Assembly (NCBI GenBank): GCA_963707505.1
Contig: CAVPQB010000004.1
Span: 256,001-320,000, forward strand
DNA: 64,000 nucleotides
Source of the DNA: an uncultured Gemmatimonadales bacterium
GTDB taxonomy: Bacteria; Gemmatimonadota; Gemmatimonadetes; Gemmatimonadales; Gemmatimonadaceae
Direction of reading: 5' to 3'
The notes below the pieces were generated by a model. It was not told the DNA's origin. It saw only the letters and a list, made by a program, of their open reading frames with translations, and did not search any database. The position numbers and the translations under genes were made by a program. Of this stretch, positions 1 to 9,288 are shown piece after piece (within the stretch, counting starts at the first letter, position 1; the number at the start of each line of letters is the position of its first letter).

Positions 1-1271
1 GCACCGTCGACGCCCGACTGGTCGCACTCGACGCCGGCACTGGAAAGAAACTGTGGGACGTTCAGGTCGGTGATAACGAGAAAGGCTACCACATCACGTC
101 GGCGCCGCTCGCGGTGGACGGCAAGATCATCACCGGAATCAGCTGCGGCGAGCAGGGCGGCCGTTGCTACGTCACGGCCTATGACGCAAGCACCGGAAAA
201 TTGGTCTGGCGCTTCTACACGATTCCTTCTCCGGCGGAAGGTGGTTGGTGGGGAAAGTGGCGCACGACGGATGATTGGGGCTTGTCGTTCGGACGAGACA
301 TCGCGAAGGAAAAGGCGGACAGCGCCAGCTATCCCGATTCATGGGAACGTGGCGGCGCGCCGATGTGGCACATACCGCTCGTCGACACAAAGCTTGGCCT
401 CGTCTATCTGAACGTCGGCAACGCGGCACCGGATCTGGACGGCTCCGAGCGCCCGGGCGACAATCTGTATTCAGATTGCATGGTCGCGCTCGATCTCGAG
501 ACCGGCAAGCTGCGCTGGTACTTCCAGGAAGTGTCGCACGACAGGTGGGATTACGATCTTGCATCGCCGCTCGTGATGCTCGACCTGAAGGATTCCAGCG
601 GTGCGACGGTTCCCGCACTCGCGGAAGCCGGCAAGACGGGATTCGTGTACGTGGTGGACCGCAGGAACGGCAAGCCGATTCGCCGGAGCGACGCGTTCGT
701 TCCGCACGAAAACTTCATGAAGTCGCCGACCGACAGTGGCATCATGATCCAACCGGCCACGCTCGGCGGATCTGACTGGTCGCCGCCGGCGTATTCGCCG
801 CAGACAGGCTATCTCTACGTCGACGGGAACTACATCCCGATGCTGTACAAGCTGCATCACGAACAGCTGCAGCCACCCGCGCAGTACTGGGGCGGCGCGG
901 TGCTGGTGCCGACAGTCGGCAGCTACGGGCTCTTCACCGCGATCGATCTGAACACGGGCAAAATCGCGTGGCAAACGCGCACCGCCAAACCGCTGATCAG
1001 CGGTGCCGTCGCGACGGCCGGCGGAATAGTGTTCACCGGCCTTACAGATCAGAAATTCGCAGCGTACGACGCTCGGAGTGGTGCGGAGCTGTGGCACTAT
1101 GCCACCAGGGCCGGAGTGAACGCGCCGCCCATCACGTACATGATCAACGGCCGTCAGTACGTCGCGGTCGCGGCCGGCGGAAATTTGCCGCTTAACAGCG
1201 TTCGTGGCGACGAGCTGTTGGTCTTCGCGCTTCCCACGGCAACGCGTATCGCAGGCGCGGCGTCCCAGTGA
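1..1271 (+). CDS. PQQ-dependent dehydrogenase (beta-propeller), 5'-truncated by the window edge
   Basis: The frame is open from base 3 (TVDARLVALDAGTGKKLW...). It has PQQ propeller W-motifs (LVALD..TGK..W), GDNLYSD, HDRWDYD, GKTG and the C-terminal APPITYMINGRQYVAV. Confidence 0.93.
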   Translation, partial: TVDARLVALDAGTGKKLWDVQVGDNEKGYHITSAPLAVDGKIITGISCGEQGGRCYVTAYDASTGKLVWRFYTIPSPAEGGWWGKWRTTDDWGLSFGRDIAKEKADSASYPDSWERGGAPMWHIPLVDTKLGLVYLNVGNAAPDLDGSERPGDNLYSDCMVALDLETGKLRWYFQEVSHDRWDYDLASPLVMLDLKDSSGATVPALAEAGKTGFVYVVDRRNGKPIRRSDAFVPHENFMKSPTDSGIMIQPATLGGSDWSPPAYSPQTGYLYVDGNYIPMLYKLHHEQLQPPAQYWGGAVLVPTVGSYGLFTAIDLNTGKIAWQTRTAKPLISGAVATAGGIVFTGLTDQKFAAYDARSGAELWHYATRAGVNAPPITYMINGRQYVAVAAGGNLPLNSVRGDELLVFALPTATRIAGAASQ

Positions 1272-1858
1272 ATACCGCTGCGCGCATAGTCGCCATCGTC
1301 ACCGTAGCCGCATCCGCGTTGGTCATTGCGCCGCCCACGGCTCATGCGCAGGAAGGCCGCCCCCAGGTCGCACGCCAGCCAGCCAAGAAAACGAGCGGGA
1401 AGATCGAAACGAACGAAGATCTCCAACCAACGGTTCTGCCACCGCTCCCGCCAGGAATGACGCTCGACATGATTCGCGCCGGAGACCAGCTCTTCCACAC
1501 GAAAGCCGGCTGCTTCGTCTGTCACGGATCCGAGGGACAGGGAATGCCGGCCGCTGGTGATGCAATAACAAATTCCCTATCCTACGTGCAGCACGATTGG
1601 CGGCAGATAGACTCGCTCATCACCGCTGGCCTTCCCGATGCATACACGCGAAGTCCGATCGCGATGCCGCCGCGCGGAGCGCGGAGCGACCTCAGCGATG
1701 CCGAGATCCAGCGCATTGCCGCTTACGTGTGGGCGATAAGCGCGGTCAGGGGTGAGCCATGGCCAGGCGGTCATGCGAACCACGATTCGGTAAGCAGTGT
1801 TGCAGCGCCGTCGGGCACCGTACCCAGGCCGGCGCCGCGCAAGTCCAAACTGCCATGA
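1268..1858 (+). CDS. Secreted monoheme cytochrome c
   Basis: Signal peptide (AHA|Q), CFVCH heme motif and distal Met in MPPRG. The GTGA start overlaps the upstream stop. Confidence 0.88.
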   Translation: MNTAARIVAIVTVAASALVIAPPTAHAQEGRPQVARQPAKKTSGKIETNEDLQPTVLPPLPPGMTLDMIRAGDQLFHTKAGCFVCHGSEGQGMPAAGDAITNSLSYVQHDWRQIDSLITAGLPDAYTRSPIAMPPRGARSDLSDAEIQRIAAYVWAISAVRGEPWPGGHANHDSVSSVAAPSGTVPRPAPRKSKLP

Positions 1859-1906
1859 GCTGGTCGCGCCACGGGTCAGCTTTCGATTTCGACGCTGAAA
1901 TCAGCG

Positions 1907-3628
1907 TTGAGATCGCCATTGTCCGCGACAGCCCTCTGCATCGCCACCGGAGTTTCGATTGCGTGCGACAACGTCGCGAGTGCGCGCCGCGCGGATCGCA
2001 TCGACATCTCGGCTGCCAACGCCAGGCTGACGAAGGACATGCGCGACGCCGCCACGTGGCCGTCGTTCGGGCGCGATTACACCAACGATCGCTACTCGCC
2101 GCTGTCGCAAGTCAATACCGGTAACGTCAGCGGTCTTCAGCTTGCATGGACATACCACACGGGTATCACGCAGGGATTCGAAACTTCGCCCGTCGTGAGC
2201 GGTGGAGTGGTGTACATCTCGACGTCGCTGGGACATGTGGTCGCACTCGACGCGCGGACGGGGCGCCGCCTCTGGGAACACGTTGAGACAACTGGCCGCA
2301 CGATCCATTGCTGCGGCGTGATAAATCGCGGTGTCGCGCTGTACGGCGGACGCATATACATGTCGACGCTGGACGCGCGACTCGTCGCGCTCGACGCCCG
2401 CACCGGCAACGCAATCTGGACTGCCCGGGTCGGCGACAACACGCAGGGCTACAGCCTCACCGCCGCGCCGCTCGCCGTCGACGGGAAGATCATCATCGGG
2501 ATCAGTGGCGGCGAGTATGGCATCCGCGGCTACGTGAGCGCGTACGACCCCGCGACCGGCAAGATGTTATGGCGCTGGTACACGATTCCGTCACCGAGTG
2601 ACGGCGGGTGGTGGGGAAAGTGGAATACCGCAGATCCGTTCGGCACTCCATTCAATCGCGACATCGCCGGTGAGAAGCGTGACTCGGCGAAATACGCCGA
2701 TGCATGGAAGACTGGCGGCGCGCCGATGTGGCAGACTCCGGCATACGACACCGCAACGCACACGCTCATCTTCTCGACAGGGAACCCGTCACCCGATGTG
2801 GACGGAAGCATGCGGCCGGGCGACAACCTCTACGCCAACAGCATCGTCGGTCTCGATGTCCGTACGGGCAGGATCAGGTGGTACATGCAGGAGGTCTCGC
2901 ACGACGTTTGGGATTTCGATGCGGCCAGCCCCGTAATGCTCTTCGACACAAAAGACGCGAGCGGGCAGACCGTTCCGGCCGCCGCCGAAGCAGGCAAGAC
3001 CGGTTGGCTTTATGTGGTCGATCGAAGGAACGGTCATCCGATTCGCAAGTCGCAGGAGTTCACTCCGCACACCAACATGTTCACGCAGCCAATGCCGCAG
3101 GGCATCAAGCAGAAGGCCGGAGCGTTTGGTGGATCGGAGTGGTCGCCGGCTGCATACTCACCGCAAACTGGTTATGCGTACGTGCTCGGCCTGGATCTCG
3201 CCATCGAGTACAAGGTCCGACATGAGGATCGTGATCCCGGCGCGTGGTGGGTTGGTGGCGCGTACTATGGCGCGACCGCGAAACCAGCGGGAACGTTCAC
3301 GGCTATCGACGTCAACACCGGCAACGTTGCGTGGCAGGCAAAATTCGACAAGCCCATGATCGGCGGCGCACTCGCAACGGCCGGCGGCCTCGTATTTACC
3401 GGGACCTCGGATAAACGATTCGTCGCATTCGACGCGCGCACCGGACAGACGTTGTGGCAGTACAACGCGAGCGCGGGCGTCAACGCGCCACCCGTCAGCT
3501 ACGCCATCGGCGATACACAGTTTGTCGCCGTCGCAGCAGGCGGAAACTGGATCGTCGACAGCCCACGTGGCGACGCCCTGCTCGTCTTCCGGCTCGGTGC
3601 GGCTCCGGCGGCCAGAGGCGGGCGATGA
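1907..3628 (+). CDS. PQQ-dependent alcohol dehydrogenase-like quinoprotein (paralog 2, probable lipoprotein)
   Basis: WPSFGRDYTNDRYSPL, vicinal CC in HCCGVINRG, GGEYG, GNP, GDNLY and HDVWDFD. N-terminal signal ends in SIAC. Confidence 0.93.
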   Translation: MRSPLSATALCIATGVSIACDNVASARRADRIDISAANARLTKDMRDAATWPSFGRDYTNDRYSPLSQVNTGNVSGLQLAWTYHTGITQGFETSPVVSGGVVYISTSLGHVVALDARTGRRLWEHVETTGRTIHCCGVINRGVALYGGRIYMSTLDARLVALDARTGNAIWTARVGDNTQGYSLTAAPLAVDGKIIIGISGGEYGIRGYVSAYDPATGKMLWRWYTIPSPSDGGWWGKWNTADPFGTPFNRDIAGEKRDSAKYADAWKTGGAPMWQTPAYDTATHTLIFSTGNPSPDVDGSMRPGDNLYANSIVGLDVRTGRIRWYMQEVSHDVWDFDAASPVMLFDTKDASGQTVPAAAEAGKTGWLYVVDRRNGHPIRKSQEFTPHTNMFTQPMPQGIKQKAGAFGGSEWSPAAYSPQTGYAYVLGLDLAIEYKVRHEDRDPGAWWVGGAYYGATAKPAGTFTAIDVNTGNVAWQAKFDKPMIGGALATAGGLVFTGTSDKRFVAFDARTGQTLWQYNASAGVNAPPVSYAIGDTQFVAVAAGGNWIVDSPRGDALLVFRLGAAPAARGGR

Positions 3629-4239
3629 AGCTCGCTCAGCTCGGCGTCCTCGCGATTGTGATAATCGCGCTGATCCTGCTCGTCGCGCTCGCGCGCACCG
3701 GCGGTCCCAGGCAGGACCCCGCGTTCTTCGCGTACGGAAACCAGACTCGCGTGGTCGCTCTTCCGGCACAGGGTCGCAACAGGCTGACGACCGCACGTGT
3801 GCTCGATCACGACGATGACACGCAGCCGGACACGCTTCCAACACTTCCGTCGCGCATGACCCTGAGCATGATCGTCGACGGTGATGCGATCTATCACCGC
3901 GAAGGCGGCTGCTTCCTGTGCCACGGTGAAGAAGGCACTGGCGTGCAGCAGCGTGGCTCCGCGATTACAAACGCGGTTCTCAAGGTCCCCGTCGCAGACT
4001 CTGGTGGTTGGGACGCACTCGATTCGTTGATACTAAACGGCGTTCCCGAATCGGTCACACGCTCCTCCATCGGAATGCCGCCGCGTGGGATCCACTCCTC
4101 CCTCAACACCGATGAGAGCCGCCGCGTTGCAGCGTACGTGTGGGCGATATCGCAAACTCGCGGCGAGCCATGGCCCGGTGGACACACGAGTCATTCGAGC
4201 TCCAGTTTCGTCACCATTGCCAGAACTACCGGCCCATGA
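3625..4239 (+). CDS. Membrane-anchored monoheme cytochrome c (paralog of 1268..1858)
   Basis: ATGA overlap at 3625, N-terminal TM helix, CFLCH and MPPRG. The AAYVWAIS..RGEPWPGGH tail is shared with the first cytochrome. Confidence 0.88.
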   Translation: MKLAQLGVLAIVIIALILLVALARTGGPRQDPAFFAYGNQTRVVALPAQGRNRLTTARVLDHDDDTQPDTLPTLPSRMTLSMIVDGDAIYHREGGCFLCHGEEGTGVQQRGSAITNAVLKVPVADSGGWDALDSLILNGVPESVTRSSIGMPPRGIHSSLNTDESRRVAAYVWAISQTRGEPWPGGHTSHSSSSFVTIARTTGP

Positions 4240-5183
4240 ACGAGCTACCCGGCGGAATACCGAACATGCTCGCGCCGCGTGGGATCGCGGCGCAACATCT
4301 GGCGACGCTCGGATGGGTCCTGATCGTCATCTCCATCATCGTGCTCATCCTCGTTCTGATAGCGCTGCTCGCGCCACTCGGACGCAACCGGGAGCGCGCA
4401 GTGGACCACGAACGCGGGTACAACGCGCGCGAGCACAGTTTCGTCCTGGCGGTCGGCGCAGCAATCCCGGCATTGATACTGCTCGGTGTGTATTTGTACT
4501 CGATGAAGGACATCGGCCTGTGGGAGTTTGGCAGCCACTCCACTGCCGACGTCGAGGTGATAGGGCATCAGTTCTGGTGGGAAGTGCGCTATCCCAAACT
4601 CGGTATCCACACCGCCAATGAGATCTACATTCCGTCCGGTACACGCGTGAGGATCGCGTTGATGTCGTCCGATGTCATTCACTCGTTCTGGGTGCCGCAG
4701 CTGCACGGAAAGCTCGATCTCATTCCTGGACGCGTGAACCGCTTTTGGATCGAAGCTGACAGCGCAGGACAGTATCGCGGCGAATGCGCGGAGTTCTGCG
4801 GTCCACAACACGCGCACATGGACTTCACCGTAGTCGCCGTGCCGAAAGGTGAATTCTCGCGCTGGGCGGCGGACCAACAGAAACCTGCCGCGCCACCGGC
4901 AGATCCCGCCGCCGTGGAAGGACGACGCGCGTTCCAGTTTGCCGGATGCGCATACTGTCACACGGTCGACGGCAACGGCGCCGCGGGACGCGTTGGCCCG
5001 GATCTCACGCACTTCGCCAGCCGACTCACCATCGGTGCCGGCATGATGCCGAACACACGCGGCGATCTTGCTGGCTGGGTGGTTGGAGCACAGCACCTCA
5101 AGCCCGGAATCCGCATGCCGGACGTCACCATGTCGGGCGAGGAGCTGCAGGCGGTACTCGCGTATCTCGAAGGACTGAGGTAG
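4236..5183 (+). CDS. ctaC: Cytochrome c oxidase subunit II with fused C-terminal cytochrome c (caa3 type)
   Basis: Two TM helices, GHQFWW, DVIHSFWVP, CuA motif CAEFCGPQHAHM and C-terminal CAYCH...MP. ATGA overlap. Confidence 0.95.
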   Translation: MNELPGGIPNMLAPRGIAAQHLATLGWVLIVISIIVLILVLIALLAPLGRNRERAVDHERGYNAREHSFVLAVGAAIPALILLGVYLYSMKDIGLWEFGSHSTADVEVIGHQFWWEVRYPKLGIHTANEIYIPSGTRVRIALMSSDVIHSFWVPQLHGKLDLIPGRVNRFWIEADSAGQYRGECAEFCGPQHAHMDFTVVAVPKGEFSRWAADQQKPAAPPADPAAVEGRRAFQFAGCAYCHTVDGNGAAGRVGPDLTHFASRLTIGAGMMPNTRGDLAGWVVGAQHLKPGIRMPDVTMSGEELQAVLAYLEGLR

Positions 5184-5191
5184 GAGAAACA

Positions 5192-7099
5192 ATGGGAGTC
5201 ACCGCATCGCTGGATGAGAGACTCGGTTTCCTGTGGGAAACGCCGCGCACGTTCATGGGTGCGTTGACGACCGTGGATCACAAGACTCTCGGCAAGCGCT
5301 ACCTCATAACCGCGTTCGTCTTTCTCTGCCTCGGTGGAATCGAAGCGGCGATGATGCGCGCGCAGCTCGCGCGGCCGGGCGAGCATCTGCTCTCACCGGA
5401 AGCGTACAATCAGCTCTTCAGCATGCACGGGACGACGATGATGTTCCTGTATGCCGCACCGGTACTCTCCGGCTTCAGCAACTACTTCGTTCCGCTCCTC
5501 GTTGGGTCGCGCGACCTCGCGTACCCTCGCCTCAATGCGTTCAGCTACTGGATATTTCTGTTCGCCGGAATCTTTCTCTACTCCAGCTTTCTCGTTGGCG
5601 CGGCGCCGAATGGTGGATGGTTCAACTATGTCCCGCTCACCACACGGCCATTCGATCCCGGCATCAACATCGATTTCTACAATATCGCGCTGATCTTTCT
5701 CTCGGTATCGACCACAGTCGGTGCAATCAATTTCATCGTGACGATCCTGCGCATGCGGGCGCCGGGGATGACGCTGGGCCGCATGCCGATCTATCTGTGG
5801 AGCACACTCAGCATCTCCGTCGTCATTCTCTTTTCCCTCCCAGCGCTCACCGGTGCGTGCCTCATGCTGGAGCTGGATCGCCGGCTCGGCACACACTTCT
5901 TTGATCCCAGTGGCGGCGGAAGCTCGCTCTTGTGGCAACACCTTTTCTGGGCGTTCGGCCACCCGTGGGTGTATGTAGTCGTTCTGCCCGGCTTCGGAAT
6001 TGTATCGATGGCGTTGCCCGTGTTCGTGCGCAGGCCGCTCGCCGCTTTCGAGTACGTCGCCATGTCCACTGTAGCCATCGCGATAATCGGCTTCGGCGTC
6101 TGGGCGCACCACATGTTCGCCGTGGGGCTTCCAACCGTCGGTATGGGATTCTTCAGCGCAGCGAGCATGATAATCGTTCTGCCCAGCGGAGTATCCGTAA
6201 CCGCATGGTTACTTACTTCCTGGACCGGAAGACCGGTCTACACCACGAGCTACCTGTTCATCCTCGGCTTTCTCGTGATCTTCGTGATCGGCGGCCTCAG
6301 TGGCGTCATAACCGGCATCGTGCCGTTCGACTGGCAGATCCACGACACCTACTTCGTGGTCGCACATCTGCATTACGTGTTGATCGGCGCGAACCTGTTC
6401 CCCGTCATTGCCGGCGTCTACTACTGGTTTCCAAAGATGACCGGCCGCCTCATGAGCGAGCGCATCGGCAAGTGGAGCTTCTGGTTGATGTTCATCGGCT
6501 TCAACATCGGCTTCTTCCCGATGCACATTGCGGGAATTCTCGGGATGCCGCGCCGGGTGTACACGTATTACGAAGGAATGGGCCTCGACACCGTCAACAT
6601 GGTGGAGACGATCGGCTCGTACATCTTCGCCGTCGGTGTGCTCGTCTTCATCATCAACGTGATCCTGAGCGCGCGCCGCGGTCCGCTGAGCGGACGTGAT
6701 CCGTGGAACGGTGCCACACTGGAATGGTCCGTTCCGTCGCCGCCACCGCCGTACAACTTCGAAGTGCTTCCGATAGTCACCACGCGCGATCCGATGTGGG
6801 ATGAGCCGCTCGAGAACATCCGCGGTGGTCAAAACGATCCCTCGCGCACTCTTACCAGCGGCCGCGAGACACTCACCACGACTGTGATGCACGCCCGTCC
6901 CGTGGGAATTCTACACATGGCCGAAGATTCGATCTGGCCACTGCTGCTTGCGCTGTCGCTCACGATTCTGGCTTACTCGTCGCTGCTCGACGTGACGATC
7001 GTTTCGATAATCGCCGGCATCGCCGCGCTGTTGTCGATCGGCGGCTGGTTCTGGCCCGAGCCGCTGCGTGACCGCGAGGAAGGGCGGGCGACGCCATGA
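5192..7099 (+). CDS. ctaD: Heme-copper oxidase subunit I (atypical proton channels)
   Basis: TVDHK, HGTTMMF, GHPWVY, WAHHMF, HDTYFVVAHLHY and GMPRR. AGGAG RBS precedes the ATG at 5192. Confidence 0.96.
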   Translation: MGVTASLDERLGFLWETPRTFMGALTTVDHKTLGKRYLITAFVFLCLGGIEAAMMRAQLARPGEHLLSPEAYNQLFSMHGTTMMFLYAAPVLSGFSNYFVPLLVGSRDLAYPRLNAFSYWIFLFAGIFLYSSFLVGAAPNGGWFNYVPLTTRPFDPGINIDFYNIALIFLSVSTTVGAINFIVTILRMRAPGMTLGRMPIYLWSTLSISVVILFSLPALTGACLMLELDRRLGTHFFDPSGGGSSLLWQHLFWAFGHPWVYVVVLPGFGIVSMALPVFVRRPLAAFEYVAMSTVAIAIIGFGVWAHHMFAVGLPTVGMGFFSAASMIIVLPSGVSVTAWLLTSWTGRPVYTTSYLFILGFLVIFVIGGLSGVITGIVPFDWQIHDTYFVVAHLHYVLIGANLFPVIAGVYYWFPKMTGRLMSERIGKWSFWLMFIGFNIGFFPMHIAGILGMPRRVYTYYEGMGLDTVNMVETIGSYIFAVGVLVFIINVILSARRGPLSGRDPWNGATLEWSVPSPPPPYNFEVLPIVTTRDPMWDEPLENIRGGQNDPSRTLTSGRETLTTTVMHARPVGILHMAEDSIWPLLLALSLTILAYSSLLDVTIVSIIAGIAALLSIGGWFWPEPLRDREEGRATP

Positions 7100-7689
7100 C
7101 AGCTCCCGAATCCATTCCGGCACCCACCGGCGGAGGCCCACTCGATCGCCACGATCTTTCGTGGTGGGGCATGGTGCTGTTCATTGCAACCGAGGCAACG
7201 CTGTTCGTTTATCTCATCGCGAGCTACTTCTACGTAGGTGGTTCGGCGACCACGTGGCCACCGCTCATCCCCGGCATACAGATAACCGGGATCAACACGA
7301 TTCTCCTGCTGTTGAGCAGTGGCTCGGCGATCATCGCGGACCGCTCGGTGAAACGCGGCCGAATCGGTGCACTGCAGGCTTGGCTCATCGTCACGATCGT
7401 ACTCGGCGCGGTATTCCTCACGTTGCAGATGCATGAATACACAACGCTCGAGTTTCACCCGCAAACCGACGCATACGGCTCGTTCTTCTATCTGATAACC
7501 GGTCTGCACGGTGCGCACGTTGCCGCTGGGCTCATCATGCTCGTGTACGTCCTGGTGCGCGCGCTCGCGGGTCACTTTGATGCCGTCCGAAATTCCGCGG
7601 CGAGAAATGCGATCCTCTACTGGCACTTCGTGGATGTGGTGTGGCTTGTAGTGTTCACCTCGCTGTATCTACTACCGAGGCTCCGGTGA
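7096..7689 (+). CDS. ctaE: Cytochrome c oxidase subunit III (short form)
   Basis: WWGMVLFIATE, FFYLITGLHGAHV and YWHFVDVVW motifs. ATGA overlap. Confidence 0.95.
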   Translation: MTAPESIPAPTGGGPLDRHDLSWWGMVLFIATEATLFVYLIASYFYVGGSATTWPPLIPGIQITGINTILLLLSSGSAIIADRSVKRGRIGALQAWLIVTIVLGAVFLTLQMHEYTTLEFHPQTDAYGSFFYLITGLHGAHVAAGLIMLVYVLVRALAGHFDAVRNSAARNAILYWHFVDVVWLVVFTSLYLLPRLR

Positions 7690-8942
7690 TGATCGGGCCG
7701 GTGATTGGCAGCTTGCTGCTCCACGTCGCCGACGCCGACGTAGTCACGCCTGCCAACATCTGGCAGCACTGGGGCGGCGATCCCGGCGCGCTTCTCTCCG
7801 TTGTTATCATCGGAACATTGTACGGCGTTGGAGTGCGGCGCCTGTGGACGAGGGCGGGGCGCGGGCACGTGGTGTCACGCGGCGAGGTCGCGTCGTTCTA
7901 TCTCGGAATTATCACGCTGCTCCTCGCACTCTGCTCGCCACTCGATGCAGTCGCCGACACACTGTTTTCCGCCCACATGCTGCAGCACGTGCTGCTCATC
8001 AGTGTGGCCGCGCCGCTCGCGATCCTTGGCGCGCCGCTGCTTCCGTTTCTGTGGTGCCTGCCGCACGATGCTCGCATAGCCGCCGGACGCACATGGAACG
8101 CGAGCGGGATGCGGCGTGGCGCTGCAATACTTGTTCTGCCCCTGTCTGCGTGGGGCCTTCACACCATCGCATTGTGGGGATGGCACCTTCCCGGCCCGTA
8201 CTCGGCCGCGCTCGCCAGCGCGCCCATCCATGCACTGGAGCACAGCTGCTTCTATCTCACTGCGCTACTCATGTGGTGGGTTGCACTCAAGCCCCTTCGC
8301 GGCCACGGCGGAATTGCGGGCTCTCTCTTCGTGCTCGTTGGCACCATGGCGCAGAGCGGTGCACTTGGCGCGATTCTCACGTTTTCCGGCACACCATGGT
8401 ACTACTCGCAGAGCGCAGGCGCCGCGCTGTGGCACCTGACCGCGCTCGAAGATCAGCAGCTGGCCGGACTCATCATGTGGATTCCGGCCGGATTCGCGTA
8501 TCTGATCGCACTGCTCGCTGTGCTGCGCCGAGTGTTCGATGTGCCGGAGCCGTCGAAGTTGGCGGGCGGTATCGCCGCTGCGACAGTACTCATCATCACC
8601 ACATCCATATCTGGCTGCAGGCGCGAGACGAGCGAGACGAACGGCGATCGGGAAGTGGCGGGTGGAGATGTGCATCGCGGGGCGCTGGCCATCCAGCATT
8701 ACGGATGCGGTTCCTGCCACGCGATTCCTGGTATCCCCCTGGCGACCGGCGCAGTCGGGCCGCCGCTCGCCGGAATTGCCGAACGTGGCATGATAGCCGG
8801 AATAGTCCCGAACACACCGGACGAGATGGTCCGGTGGATCGTCATGCCGCAATCCATGTCGCCAGGCAACGCGATGCCCGATCTCGGGGTATCGGACGGG
8901 CAGGCGCGCGACATCGCGGCTTACCTCTACACGTTACATTAG
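7686..8942 (+). CDS. Caa3-type CtaG-like oxidase assembly factor fused to a C-terminal cytochrome c
   Basis: SPLD..ADTLFSAHMLQH, HALEH and LEDQQLAGLIMWIP (CtaG family), then in frame CGSCH...GPPL...MP. Confidence 0.85.
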   Translation: MMIGPVIGSLLLHVADADVVTPANIWQHWGGDPGALLSVVIIGTLYGVGVRRLWTRAGRGHVVSRGEVASFYLGIITLLLALCSPLDAVADTLFSAHMLQHVLLISVAAPLAILGAPLLPFLWCLPHDARIAAGRTWNASGMRRGAAILVLPLSAWGLHTIALWGWHLPGPYSAALASAPIHALEHSCFYLTALLMWWVALKPLRGHGGIAGSLFVLVGTMAQSGALGAILTFSGTPWYYSQSAGAALWHLTALEDQQLAGLIMWIPAGFAYLIALLAVLRRVFDVPEPSKLAGGIAAATVLIITTSISGCRRETSETNGDREVAGGDVHRGALAIQHYGCGSCHAIPGIPLATGAVGPPLAGIAERGMIAGIVPNTPDEMVRWIVMPQSMSPGNAMPDLGVSDGQARDIAAYLYTLH

Positions 8943-8948
8943 AAAGGC

Positions 8949-9266
8949 TTGACGAACCCCATTGACCCACGACGGCTGGCCCTCGGCGCAGCCCAAAAAA
9001 TTCTATTCGACGGACGCGACCCCGAGACGATCCTCGACCGGATCGCCAACATGGGAAACGAGCCGTCACAACCTTCCTATCGCCCTATGTCACGTCCCCG
9101 CGACAGAATTCTTGCCAACCTCGACGAGATGTATCGCGAGGCATTCGAGCGCGCCAAGGCCACTGGCGACCAGTCCCAGATGGCCACCCTCGACTTTGCG
9201 TACCGCAGAGAGCAGCTGTATTTCGAGATCCTGCTCGACGTGCGCGATGCGATGGAGCGCAGATAG
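8949..9266 (+). CDS. Small helical hypothetical protein (alternative start ATG 9087)
   Basis: Fills the gap between the oxidase operon and TerC. AGAAAGG precedes TTG 8949. No recognised motif. Confidence 0.55.
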   Translation: MTNPIDPRRLALGAAQKILFDGRDPETILDRIANMGNEPSQPSYRPMSRPRDRILANLDEMYREAFERAKATGDQSQMATLDFAYRREQLYFEILLDVRDAMERR

Positions 9267-9288
9267 GGTTTGACCGGTGGGCGCGGAG

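Noticed and set aside
5192..7099. Calling the oxidase a nitric oxide reductase
   Set aside because: The active-site Tyr (HPWVY) is retained and no NOR-type Glu/Gln/Asn substitution is seen, so NO reduction is unsupported from sequence alone.
8943..9288. yybP-ykoY (Mn) riboswitch ahead of terC
   Set aside because: The interval is occupied by a plausible ORF ending 22 nt before terC, and I cannot see the conserved riboswitch motifs. A covariance-model search would settle it.
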